64,000 bases of DNA, from NCBI GenBank assembly GCA_011109175.1, contig RDEW01000038.1:429155-493154 (forward strand), in the 5' to 3' direction. A program made the position numbers and the translations under genes. This document shows, in pieces, positions 12,561 to 25,149 of this stretch. How positions within the stretch are numbered: the stretch's first letter is position 1; every line of letters begins with the position of its first letter. The DNA is from Dicyema japonicum (taxonomy: Eukaryota; Animalia; Dicyemida). The notes under the pieces were generated by a model. That model was not told the DNA's origin and did not search any database. It saw only the letters and a list, made by a program, of their open reading frames with translations.

Positions 12561-13553
12561 TTCGATTTCCTTCCTTCGTCCAAAATTAAAAAATTGGTTG
12601 ACAATTTGAATCAATTATTTTGACTAATCGAAAATTTAACTAAATAGCTCAAATAATTTATAAATCGATTAGTCTTTACGTCAGGAATCTTACAAATTGA
12701 TAATTCCTTCCATTTGTCTAGAATAGGGTTACGATAACCATATCATGCGGGGAATGTGAGGCCCACTTTATTAAATATAATCCTTTTAAAGCAGTCTCAA
12801 ATATTATCTAATGATTCCACAGAACAGCTGGTCAATTAAAATGATATGGAAAATTGGAGATATTCCGAATTAAGTACGACCCCGTATAAAGCAGTCTTTC
12901 AGTATTTTCCATAAAGCTGGTAATCTCGATAATCCTTATTAAAGATAAATCATTAAATATAGTATCTCCCATGACAACAAATTAATTGTGGTTTCCTGAT
13001 TGTTGCTAGCCTCTGCATTGGAATGGTCAACCAAGTGGTTAATTGGTCGGAGGGTTGAGGTGGCGACTTACGGCTATGGGACGAAATGTATAGTTACTGT
13101 CAATTTGTGTAATCAGTCAATTCATGTTTATCTTTCCTTCTTATGAGCACGAACGAGGTCTTCCTTGTAATGGGATTAGAGTCCGACTATTTACTCTGCT
13201 TTATCACATAAAAGCCAAAGAAAAGATATTAAGATTTTCCAAGAGAGTCACGTCGCTAGCATCTTTAAAGGATTCATTGGTGGAGAGTCGAGGTGGTGAC
13301 TTACTCTATGGCACGAAATGTCTACTTGGCTTCCCAATGAATGGAAGCCCTTGTCTTCCTTGAGCATGGAAGATAAGATAGACTGAAGAGATATTGAAAA
13401 CCAGAAGGTTTGAAAGGGAAACATTGGGTACACTCAGGAACAATAGTGGAATCAACATGGGGCACAATTGAGGGACTTTGAGGATCATGAATCAGCACGT
13501 GCATTACGAATTGGTAAGAAAAGAAAGTTAATTTATTAGTAAAGACAAAATTA

Positions 13554-13937
13554 TTAACTTTTAGCCGAGTTGTAATTATAAATTCTCGCAAGTTGGTAGA
13601 TCCCAGTAAGGGCGACGAAAAGATTGACCCCCAGAAGGTTGTAGTTCTTAGGGGTGATCACTAGCGAGTACCTCGACCAAATAATCCCTGGGATAATATC
13701 ACCAAAGCAGTACCTGTGGCTGCCAGCGCAGTTGACTGAAATAAACTGAGCCTCTCAGCCGGTCTTGCAATGTCCCCAATCCCAGCTATTACTAAAGCCT
13801 GGGATTTTGTCAAAAATACATACCCATTTCATTGAAGGAGCCCAGAAAAAAATGGTTTTCGGACCTTACATCTTAGTCTCAAACTATAAACCTGCCGGAT
13901 GGTCAAAAAAGTGCTTGAATTTTGCTATATAATTCAT
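13554..13937 (-). CDS. MPC2: Mitochondrial pyruvate carrier 2; 4 exons, introns 27/25/26 nt
   Basis: Spliced product MNYIAKFKHFFDHPAGPKTIFFWAPSMKWALVIAGIGDIARPAERLSLFQSTALAATGIIWSRYSLVITPKNYNLLGVNLFVALTGIYQLARIYNYNSAKS*. Matches the MPC2 signature HPAGPxTxFFWAP...MARPAEKLS...IWSRYSLVIxPKN. Absent from the ORF track. Confidence 0.93.
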
Positions 13938-14109
13938 CAGGGATACAAAGGGATCCACAAAAAATGACAAATGCGGTTAACCACAATAAATATTTTTATT
14001 AAAAAATTAATTTATAAATCTAACAACTAATTATTTGGAAAAATTAATTATTTAACATGGTTAAGGATGAGACTATGATATTTGAAAAAAACTGTGAGTT
14101 GGCTAGTTC

Positions 14110-14340
14110 GTAGAAGGATTTTTTTCAGCCCTGTGCCTTCTTCAGTTTCTAGAGGCGTCATTGGATCGGCTTGGGAGATGCCCAGATGGCATCCAAAATG
14201 ATTTCTCTTTCCTACTTCAGCATAATGGCGTAGTATACTTGGAAGATAGTGATGCTGGGAAAGGATAGGACCCACTCCAACCAGAAGAAATGGATAAAAC
14301 CTATTTCGAATATATCCTTGTAACAAAGAGTAATTATTAG
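14110..14340 (+). repeat. Dispersed ~250 bp repeat (copy 2 of 8860-9130)
   Basis: Both copies read CLLQFLEASL...DAGK...DKTYF in translation. Confidence 0.5.
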
Positions 14341-15249
14341 CACGTTTTGAGTTCATTCAAAGTCCCATTATTATCAGGTCGTCAGATATTAATCCCGAGT
14401 GACCAGTAATAAATTAGAACCACCCTTTAATATCTAATAGAGTCACTCTTATTTACAAGCGACAAACATTCTTTAGATCTCGAATACTTTCTAGTATTAG
14501 CTTCAGTGTTTTTCTGTTATTTGGTTTAATTAAAGTTGATTTTTAAGGATGTAGTCATGGTAACAATAATTATGATGTTAAAATCATCAATAAAATTGTT
14601 TATTCGAAAACTTAATTAAAGACACTTGTAACAATTCATGTTCCGATATGAAATCCATTTTAGTTAGGAGACAGAGGCTTGCTGGCATCCTAAAAGCTTT
14701 ATCGTTTCCCTAATTATTAAAGGTGTTCCCACAATGCAGGATATGAATGGAGGGGATATCACTTCAACCATGGGAAATTCCCACATACGACGGGCGTACA
14801 TTTCACGGAATCCTTACCGATCATGATGGATGAAAGCACTTCTTTTCCTTTTTATCGTTGGCATGGACTGTGACAAACCAATGAACAAGGAAACCCTAAG
14901 GAAGTGCTGGATGCATGAAATATCCGAGGAATGAATATTATCATAGATTTACGCAGCTACGATCTTCTTGTCAATTTCGCAGCACCACTGAACAATTTTT
15001 CAGTGAGACGCCTCCACGTTCCATACGATGATGCGATTTTGTGGAGAGCATCATTTTTGAATTCCTTAAGTCTTCTCTGATTGTAATGTATAGTATATGT
15101 CTCTCGTCCTCGATATGAGTGCCCGTATGCTTCGATTACCTCGTAGGCGAGTACCATGGATTCATTCTAGTCCAATAATTAAATTCAATTAAAACTGAAA
15201 ACACAAATGTGCATAAATTTATCTTACTTAAAAAGGAGATTCTATTAGT

Positions 15250-16740
15250 TATAAAAGTAACCCCCTCACTAACATGTAGGCGGCCAGCAGGTATTAAATA
15301 AAACGCACCAGATGTTGGTCACTCCCATTAATCGGTCAGTCCCGGCATTGTAGACGAACATTGTGCCAATTTATGACATTCAAATAGGTGGTTTGTTGTC
15401 AACACGTGGAGGTTGCAAAGGGACAGAGGATATCATAGATAGGGGTGGTGAACACATCGTAGATGAGCCAGGTTTACTCGTACGTCCCTTGAATGAGAGG
15501 ATTCTGATTGGTATATTGGAGGAGGGAGTCGGTGTAGTATTTAATTGTCTCCGAGTCTTCGGATGCTTCTCGTAGAAACAAAATCGTGTATCTGTTTCAG
15601 ACGACTCCGTCATTGGGGCTGGAAGGGATGGATAATAGCATTTGAGACAGGTCACTGGTTGTCATAATTTTTCTTTTGTTTTAAGGTTTGCATAGAAAGT
15701 GGCAGGAATAGGAAGGAACTTGAGGGCTCTCATTTCCAGACGATCTCCAATTGGAGAATCTTTGATTCCCAATATAGATGATCAACAGGAATTGAGCTGA
15801 GACATCCAGTAATCGTCCTGAGCGAGATGTTTTGTACTTTTTGTAATTTGTCAATAAAAGTTGATCAGCAAGGGCTTGCATAGTTAATAGTTGTTAGAAT
15901 GAATTGTTTATGATGGTTAGGGCTTTTTTGCTTTGGCCAAAAGACACAGCTTTAAGTATGTTGATATTGTGGCCTTTGTACATTGTTCCTCCACATGTTT
16001 AGAGAAAGTTAGTAGTTGGTCATAAATAACTCCAAGAATTTTGGATGTTTCGTAACGGTGAGTAGTTGTCCATGAATTGTTAAAATTGGTTGAAAATTTA
16101 ATTGGCGTCGGTTGGACGTGAATATAGTTACGGTGGATTTCGATGGAGAGGGGGATAGGTGGTTTGCTCCAAGCCACTTTTCAAGAGTGTTCAAATGGTT
16201 CTGAACATCCTTCGTTGCTAACGTTGTCTTTAGAGGCAACAATCATGTCATCCGCATACAATAGTAGAGGTGTCTTGGAATTGGTTGGAATGTCGCTTAG
16301 TGCAAGTTGAATAAGGTAGGTGACAAAACGAGCCTTAGGGAACTCCATTTAGAAGGAGTCGATAGTGAGATAGACAGGACTTAACCAATTCTTCCAGAGA
16401 GAAAATTTGTTAGCCAATTCTGAAACGTGGAGGAATTCGAGATACAAGAATTTAGTTACTTAGGACGCGTCTTTATGTTCGATCTAACGCCTTGGTTATG
16501 TCAATCGATGCAAGTATAGGAGGATTAGGATTATAATTGTTAAAACCATCAGCGACATATTGAGCTAGAATAGAGAGATGTGTTGATGTGGAGTATTGTG
16601 GACGAAAGCCATGTTGAAAATTTTGGAAGATACTCCGATATTAGTTTCAATACAACACACGTTCAACAATATACGATATACTTCAGATAGTAGTGAAATT
16701 GGTCTCAAAGATCACGGATTTGAAGGATCTTTTTTGGTCT
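15250..16740 (-). mobile_element. I/Jockey-like non-LTR retrotransposon RT fragment, degenerate
   Basis: Minus-strand remnants QHGFRPQYST, ASIDIT, YADDMIV, QNHLNTLEKWLGANHLSPSPSKST, and an FLGV-like region. Confidence 0.7.
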
Positions 16741-17030
16741 TTTTTGGCCCATATTTTAGGAGCTCAGGCTTATGTTGTCCGGCCCAGCACTCTTGTTGTT
16801 CTTCAGTTTATTTATCGCTAATTCCACTTCTTCCACTGTGATTAGGATTTTTAGCGCCTTTGCTTCTCCCTGGAAAAGGGGAAAGTCATTATTTTCTTTA
16901 TTCAACAGTGTTTTGAAGTGTTTTGAAGTGTCTTGCAATCAATTCTGCTTTTCCTCCGGGTTACCCACGAATTTTCCATCTTTGTCTTTGATGTGAATGG
17001 TGTTTGTCCTTTCTTTTCCGCAGCAGCCGC
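16740..17030 (-). mobile_element. RTE-like fragment (pre-RT linker)
   Basis: ITVEEVELAINKLKNNKSAGPDNIS motif. Confidence 0.5.
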
Positions 17031-17331
17031 AAAAGCCGCATACATCCTTAATTATCCTTTAGGCATTCCACATTTTTAATAGGGATGTAATAATTTCCCG
17101 TGTTTCTGTGCATCTTTTTGATTTTCCATTTTAGTTCCCTTTGTTGGATATTAAACTCTTTTTTTACTCTCGTCTGAACAAATTTGAGATTTTTTCATAT
17201 AAAATTCGACCAGTGTTGCTTAATATAGTTAAATTACATTTTAATTCTAAAAATTATTATTTTTTTTATTTAATAATAATTTAAAAACACAATAGACTAT
17301 AAATTGTTTCTAAAGTTGTTCTTGTGCTGTC

Positions 17332-19577
17332 ATGGATATGCAGTTTACAAAAGCCAAATACGAAAAGTATCGACACTGTTTAAACGACTTCAAAGTTCCA
17401 GATAAACTAAAAACCTGTTACTTGAAGCGTCTAAGGATTTATGCTTCCATGCAAATGTCCCAAGAATCTTTTATAGTCAACAAGGGACACTGGATACTCA
17501 CAGAATTACTTAAAAACTCTATAAACTCACAAACCAACATCAGATCCATTTCAACCAAGATAATTCTGACCGTTATATTCCAGTTATCCTCAACCTCTCA
17601 GTTTGAAATTTTGAAAATCATGAGTTTTTTCCATTTTAATTTCTAGTGGATTTGACCTGTGTGTGGAAGGGGGACGATAATCTGGTAGTAATCATCATGT
17701 TCTTCAGGACTTTTAGCCGGAGACTGAGAAAGCCGACTTTTTGGTGGACAAACTGAAAGAGTGTCTCAAATTCTGTGTATACTTGTGCTGTACCTCCGTC
17801 TCCTTGACGAATCTTGCCAAGCAGGCTTTCTGCACGATGAGGTGAGCTCTCCCACTTAATGTTTCAGTGTGATGCTTAAATTCTCCAAACTGGCCTTATT
17901 TTTTATCCAGAAAATGAATTTGGATGGTTTGCTTAGTAAAAACGACTGGATGAAGCTAAAGTCGATGAACTTGCTCATGCACCTCCTCGTAAAGTACTTT
18001 TATTGGTGACCTTCCAGAAATCCGGTGCCACATATCGAGTACGGGTCCGACCTGGTGGATCCCTACACATTTTGGGATAATCTTGTCACCACAGAGACAC
18101 TGTCCACACTGTACAACGATTTTGTCAAGTCCTCGGACATGAACATTGTTAGCACTTGCTCCTCCCTGTTGGTCACTTTGGGCTTAAAACGACTCTTTCA
18201 CGAGACAATTCAGTTCTCCGCAAAGATTTTTACCAACTCGGACTTTCCGGCCTTTCCTTACAGATCCCCCACCTTTTCGGAGACCATGGACTCGTTTGAG
18301 GATCTTCGTCTGAACTGTCTTCGTGCTATCCTCTTGGTCTCTGTGAATCCTTCTGCCATTCAAGATGAACCCGACTTGTACAAGATTTGTTTGACCTCCC
18401 TTTTCCGGTCATACAAGGAACAGATCCTCACCTCCACCAGCCTTATAAAGTGTCTTTACGTCTTCCACATGTTTTGGCCGTATCCCCCTGCCACGGTGTT
18501 TTCTTCCGCATGCTACTTTGACACTTTGTTGGAGATCCTGTACAGCCTCCTTGAATTTCCAGAAGATGTTCCCTCCTTTCTTATTGAGCACCTCATCAGG
18601 ACGGGAAGCTCCCGACGTGCAGGAAGGACACATGCAGGTGCTTCTGTTCCATGGCTGTCCGTTTTAACCACCAGAACATTTACGTGATTGTTCATATCTT
18701 CAAAATCTTCGAACGTTTCATCAAATTTTACCCATCTTTGGTTCCGCGTGAGTGCTACACACTGGTCCTCGATTTCATATTGTGTTCTTCTCTAAGAGAA
18801 AAAGTTTCCTTAATATTGGACAATACGGAGGCTTTCAAAAGGTTTTCTCCCACGTGTCATCTGTACTACAAAATTCTGGAGAAGAACTCTATTTATGTGA
18901 CGAGTTTGAGGACTCTCTCCTCTCTGAATGCCCAAGCGGTCCCTTGTTCTGACTCATTTCGCGAGTATTTAACCTTTATGAGATGGAAGCTACATCACGT
19001 GGTTACTCTCCCCGTAAATCTATGGAAAAGTTATTCCAACAACGAATGTCGGTATGGAGCCAAAGTGGTGGACCAAGTTATGCTGCGTGTTGGGGAAGAG
19101 AGGTTTGCATGTTCATATCGACATCTCGTTAACCTAAGCGACTATTTTTTGCGTATGTTCAACTCGAGGATGACTGAATGTGATGCTATGACTTGTACAT
19201 TGGATGAGGATGCTAGAGTTGTGGAGACTATGGTTCATCTTTCCGGAGGGTGCCGTTTTCCGGATTGTTTTATGAGGGGAAGCTAGGGATCCTTTTACTT
19301 TGATCTTTTTGTGGCTGCCGACAAATTTGGGTTATGTGAGGAGTTAGTTAATGCTCTGGGAATGTTGGTTATGTCTACCTTTCAAGAAGATGTTGAATGT
19401 CTTGTTAGTTTGGTTGGGCGGTCCCTTAGTTGTGATCGATTTATGGAAGTTGTCTGTTCGTTCATTTTGTCTGCTGATGTATACGTTGCCTATTCATTTG
19501 AGTATTTGATGAGGAATAAATCGTTTCAGAATGAATTTTTTATATTTTGTAAGCGTTTTTGCTCCGTTTTTGAATGA
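17332..19577 (+). CDS. Armadillo-like helical protein with C-terminal BTB domain (ARMC5-like); 3 micro-introns; apparent frame breaks at ~17719 and ~18612 and an in-frame TAG at 19284
   Basis: BTB: VMLRVGEERFACSYRHLVNLSDYFLRMFNSRMTE...MVHLSGGCR...AADKF. The H-x-x-x-GCR ending resembles ARMC5 HHLHGCR. Introns of 23, 26 and 24 nt join the ORF-track pieces. Orthology inferred by eye only. Confidence 0.6.
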
Positions 19578-20891
19578 TTTGTCAAAATATTTTTGTTTAT
19601 TATTTTGAAATTGTATTTCCCCCTTTCGTGGGCATTTATTGAGTCGTGAGGGATTCCATAATCTATTAGGCAAGGCAGATAGTCTGAATGAAGTAATTTA
19701 GCTTTTTTATTTTGACTATATTTGATGCATTTTACTTGATTTATTTTAATGAATTTCCTTCGGCTTGATTTTCCGTAACACGATTAGGCTTGATGAGTGG
19801 ACTAGGCAGCAGAGAATTAGTTAGAACTCCGAATAATCCCTTCTTGGTCGCTTCCACATATGTGTACTATGGAATCTTTCAAATCACGAGTATATATGTC
19901 TCTGAGGATTATAGCGATGATAATGTTGTTGAAATAAAATGATTCTTTTAAAAAATTTGGTCGTTTTTCTGACAATATATTCTAAAACATTGCTGAGACA
20001 AGATTGCCACCAGTTTTAATTAGAGTGACTTAAGAAGATTCTTCGAAGCACAGAAAATCACGACATGAAAGCAAGGTTGTTGACCTTAAAGCTTGTATTT
20101 AGATTGTAAATCCATAAAATGAGTAAATAGAAATTACAAGCTCCATGATTGAATCAAAACAACTGGGAAATTAATTTTTTTCAAAAACTTGGTTTTTTAT
20201 TTTGATCTCAACTATAAGTTCCTCTATTTGATCTACGCGATTAATAACAAAATACAAATACATCCAATGCTTACTCGTATCCGAAAGATCGCGAATCTGA
20301 TGTCTTCTAAACCCAAGAAGGGAAATGAGAGGTTACGTACATATTGAGATGAAGACATTAAAAGACTAAAGGCTATGTCACAGTGAACCATAGAACAGTT
20401 GATGTGTATCCAGTTTGCATTCTCACAAAAAGAGTCCCTAACCTTACACAAGTCCATCCATAACTAGCATAAAAGGTAAAAGACTCCATTCCTTAAGTTG
20501 TGAGAACCCTACCAGTGTAGCGAAAAAGAGGAAATGATCCCTTTTAGTGCCACCTTGGCACTGGACTCCACTTGAGACAGGTGGATCACATGATGACACT
20601 CTATAGGAAAAGGGGATATGAAGAACATAAGAAACAGAAATCTTCAAGTAGTCACATGGCAACACAAAAACGTTAAACTACATGCCCTTTTCCTATGACA
20701 ATTGTACTATTAATATTCGATTTTAATATGAATGCGATTTACTTGTGGTTTTTCAATAACCCCGGAATATCTGAAGAGATTTAGTTCTTAAACTATGTAG
20801 CTTCTACCACTGTTTAAAAGAACTGCGTGTTAATCTACGAGAAAGTCGTATAACCATAAAATAACTTAACTTTCACTTAATAACCGAAATA

Positions 20892-20970
20892 CAGAGGGAA
20901 CCCCTCCATTGGAGTGAAGAAAGGAAAATCCTTTTTGGATACCAGTCGGACATTGGGGGTCCCCTGAGTG
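20892..20970. mobile_element. Possible Tc1/mariner-pogo-type micro-MITE
   Basis: TA|CAGAGGGAACCCC with an imperfect inverted GGGGTCCCCTGAGTG end. Same terminus as 46468-46518. Confidence 0.3.
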
Positions 20971-21185
20971 ATGTGGATCCAATGACACCTCTAAGAATTT
21001 CAGAAGACAGAGAAAAAATAATTTGTTAGACCAAATAGGCAGTATATTGAATCAACAGCTAATCTCAACACGAATGACGCACCACCCCTGGCCTACATGG
21101 TCATTTTGTTGTGGGTTTATTAGTAATTTAAATAATTTTAAATATTATCATTATTTAAGGCAAAATCAAATTTGCTATGTTAGGA

Positions 21186-23025
21186 TTAAACTCTGAGTTG
21201 CACGTAGCCTTCTCGATGTCCCACCTGAGGTTTCCAACCAGGACTCTTAAATGCTTCATTCTAAAAGAATTAAATCTTGAGCTTACTACGCCTTTGTAGA
21301 CTAAGTACCCAATCGCATAAAATACAGTGATTACAAGCGGATAAATAGAGATTATCACATTGAGGGCTTTCGCTCCCGTTGACGTGGCACTTGAAGAGTA
21401 CTCATAGTGGGGATATCCGGAAATAATAATGGCAAGGATGCATCCCGGAGTTACAGCAATCCAGCAAATAATCCACAGCGGGTTCGTCTTCTTTCCAAGC
21501 ATAAATTCTAAATCTTTGAGAAAATTTTTAATTCCTTTAATCAATTAAACTTAAAAAACCGTAAATATACATTACTCCAACAATTTCTAGAAATCCAATC
21601 CAGAGGAAAGTCCCAGAAACTCCGTTATCCGAAACGTCGAGCAAAAACATTCCTCCCTAACATAATCTCTACAAAGCAAACCTCATAGGTCTGGGGGATA
21701 CCCATAACGAAACCCAAAAAACAAACCGCGGCTCTAAAAAGTAAACTGATTTTTTGGGTGTGAGGAGGAAGGCAGTTCTCCAACGCTGATAGGACTCCCT
21801 CCATGATTGTCAACTATGGTAAATCAAATTAAGGACCATGGATCCGAGTCCAAGGGAAACCATCATTAGAAAGAAAAATACGGACCATATTTGGGGGAAC
21901 GCGAGGGTAGACAAACCAACTGGATAGGCGATAAATGCGAGATCGAATCCTAAGGTTTATGCCAAAAATTGCCTTGTTGAACTATATCGGGAATTTTTTT
22001 CCCGGTAATGTTAGAAAGATACCCGATTACGGAAAAAACGGCGAATCCCACATAGAAGGAAGACAAACAGTTTAGAAGTGGGATTATAATAGAGTCTCTC
22101 AGAGCAGAATTCGTGAATTTTGTGTAACTCGCCAACGTTACAATACCTCCGTAGCAGATTGCCACAGAGAAAAAAATTTGTGAAGAGGCAAGCTTCCAAA
22201 CCTACAAATTAAGAATATTAGAACATTCGGATCCTTCAGTTTGAAATATCAGGCTTGACATAGTATTTTATGCCTTCCTTAGAGCCAGGAAGTTGTGCCC
22301 CTTTAATGACGAGGACGGTAATCATGAAATACGGGAAAAGAGCAGTTATATATGAAACCTTCCCCATTGATTTTATGGAAAAGGAAAGACTGAAGAACAC
22401 AAGACACCAACAGATAAAGTTACTGCCGATCATGTTTGGTTTGAGTTTTCCATAATCTCCGAAACGAGAGGTATTCAAACCGAGAATGCCGAAACTACCA
22501 ATAAGGACAAACTTACTTAAAAAATTGAGTTGCCTCTTCTCCCCTCGTGCCTAAATATTTACCAACTCCGCATACAGTTTAAGTTCCAACTTCCATTACA
22601 AATAGTCCATGGGAGTTGTTTGTAGAACGAATAATATACGTATTGCAGGCATATGCAGACTATGACATTGTAGTAGGTTCCAATAATTGCTGAGATCATA
22701 ATACAGCTGACTCCCACTCCTGCTCATAAATCGGAACTTACAACCTCTAAACATCGGGGCAATGTTCCAGCATTTTAAGCAGTCGAGGCCGGAGAACTGT
22801 CCTACAGTCAATTCAAGGTAAAAAAGCGGAATTCCGAGCAACAACATGCTCATAAAATATGGAATGAGGAAAGCACCTAGAAAAATATTTTTAGATTCAA
22901 CCTCCCCCATTTTGGTAGCATAAATATGGGAATCTCCAAACATTACCAAGTCCGACAGCAAAGGCCAGAAGCGCTAAGAAAAATTCAATTTTTTTTGCCC
23001 AAACCAACTTTTCTTTAGTCATCAT
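21186..23025 (-). CDS. SLC6 (neurotransmitter:sodium symporter family) amino-acid transporter; 10 introns of 22-26 nt; one apparent 1-nt frame break at 22240-22242
   Basis: [40 protein letters not shown]; LELTVGQF; [11 protein letters not shown]; [12 protein letters not shown]; [10 protein letters not shown]; [10 protein letters not shown]; ends [20 protein letters not shown]. Confidence 0.92.
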
Positions 23026-24109
23026 AATTTTCGAGAAAAAATCGCTTAAATAGTAATTTAACAATTGAAACCACTAATTCGAAAAAATAAATTTACATTC
23101 CAATCTAGGGCGTGTATGTTTCGAAGCTTGAAACTACAAAATTCACTGAATTGGCGAATAAGAACATATTTGGTTATCAAAGTCGGATATTAAAGAAAAG
23201 AAAAATTTTTTAAATGAGAGCAAAATTCCTCAAAGAAGGCAGAAACCCACTTCTAATATCTCCGTCAAGGTGAAAAAATCGATTGGCCCAAAAGTTCGTT
23301 TCCCCAATGCAGATATGATAGAAGGCGCTTCCTGGCAACACGGGCACAATGACAAACCACAAACGTAAAATGGTGCTGTTAAATGTGGGAACTGGGATCA
23401 CCTAACTTTCTGACTATACTTTGTCTTTCTTTCTCGATGACCCCAAAGTTCTTAAATAAATAAAATTTTATTATTAAAAACTAATTTTTGGCTTATAATT
23501 CCAAAATTCATTTAGGGCGTATTTATTATTTTCAGAATACGCTTGATTGAGATAAATTTGACAAGCATTATTTATAGTCTATGTATATTTGAGCATTTGA
23601 GTTATTCACAAATTCTTATTCATTCTAATTGTATCAACCTCTAGTTACGACGGTCAAAGCTGCAGAGAGACAAGTTTTTCCAAGCAAATAGCCCACTCAA
23701 GACATTTCAAGGAATGATCTAGCGAATTGGGAGAGAGCAAATGAGATTCTTTTGATGGCGCTTTGACACTGGCACCCCGATTCCTTATCGACAATCTAGT
23801 AATGAAGCGAAAGTAAAGATAAAAAGACGGGAAAGTCTTCAACCAAGCAAAAAATAAAAATCAGGAGCATATGGGTATGAGATACCTAACACTATCTACC
23901 TGATCATTCGAATTACCACTACTCAAATACGTTTATAGTAGATTTCATTTCTTGTAATTCAGGAATGGTTTAACGATAAACGGATGAATAAATCAAAATT
24001 TTATTAAACTGATAAATTCAAAAAATTGAGTTATATTAACTAATCTTTGAAATTGGTGAAGGAACCAAGAAATATCCTTTAACTTTTTTTTCTAGCGTGA
24101 GTTTTATTC

Positions 24110-24264
24110 AAACGATCCGGTTTTGAAGTGAAACATTCGCTGGTGACGGCGTGATACCCAAGGCATCATAGATGAGTGGAACCTCCTTCGAAATGTACAG
24201 AATGAGATTCCAACCCTGGGCCATCAGAACTTGCTTGTCACTTATGACACTGAGCTATTGCGGC
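24110..24264 (-). mobile_element. tRNA-derived SINE, family copy
   Basis: Minus strand GCCGCAATAGCTCAGTG (A box)...GGTTGGAATC (B box), followed by the family core CCACTCATCTATGATGC...CACGCCGTCACCAG. Confidence 0.55.
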
Positions 24265-24774
24265 TATTTATTTGCTAAACGTTTAACATCAAAAAAATGA
24301 TTTAAAAGTAATTCAAATATGTTCTATTAAAGTAAATTCAATAGACCACCGAGTACCCCACTTCTCTAAAGGATTTTCAGTCAAGTCAGGAGTAAATAAC
24401 CATAATCCTTCCAGTAACTTGGCTATAACCTTTTTTCAAAAGAAGACATAAATATTTACAGCAAATTATAGACAAGAAGTCCTCTACAATAATGTTCCCT
24501 CCAAAAGAAAGTTTAGATTGTGTACCTTAAACATGGGTAAAGCTCACTTTTTGCAAAACTTCAAAAAATCCAATTCTGGATAACTGAATTCTTGAAACAT
24601 TCATGACAGAAGACAAACTCAATGGCCGTTCTTTTTTGATATTTTTATTATTTCAGGACCCCATATGGATGATCAGCACCAGAAGTTCAACCCATATGGA
24701 TGATCCACATAGACAGCAACCATCAACCAGCACATTTTAATATTTATGATAACATTACAAATGCCATCAGGGGG

Positions 24775-24945
24775 CCTCTGAAGGAAAATCGAATGACGCA
24801 GTCATCAGTGAATACCTCACTACGGAACCGGATTGTCTACAAGGACTCACACGAGAAAAGAAAAAAAGTGATTTAAGAACATTCCTTGGTCCTCTCTCAA
24901 CGATTGGTAAACATAACTGTTTTTACTCTAAAATAAAGATAAACT
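24775..24945 (+). mobile_element. tRNA-derived SINE, 5'-truncated copy
   Basis: GACGCAGTCATCAGTG...CGGATTGTCTACAAGGAC...ATTCCTTGGT...AAATAAAG matches 33505-33760. Confidence 0.55.
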
Positions 24946-25149
24946 CAAATCACCGACCTGAATGGAATCTACATACCAGAATGTATTATAACATTTGTAG
25001 TCTCGGCTATTGACAAAAGCATGGGAAGTACAGTGAAGTCTATCTAATTGACCAACTCTCAAATTGGCCACACATTATTAAAAATTTATTTTTACTAATC
25101 TTTTTCAATAATTTTATTAAAAAATCAAAATTTCAAAATAAAAATTTTA

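Noticed and set aside
12173-12604. 143-aa minus-strand ORF
   Set aside because: Antisense to the CRE-like fragment on the + strand.
13035-13345. ~245-bp-spaced direct repeat (GAGGTGG(C/T)GACTTAC...ACGAAATGT) as a repeat-domain gene
   Set aside because: Only two short diverged blocks, and no coherent spliced frame on either strand.
25056-25073. Recurrent TCTCAAATTGGCCAC motif (also ~26419 and ~56790) as a CCAAT-box promoter
   Set aside because: Not upstream of any intact gene; the first copy follows TA|CAGTGAAG, so a pogo-type subterminal relic is as likely.
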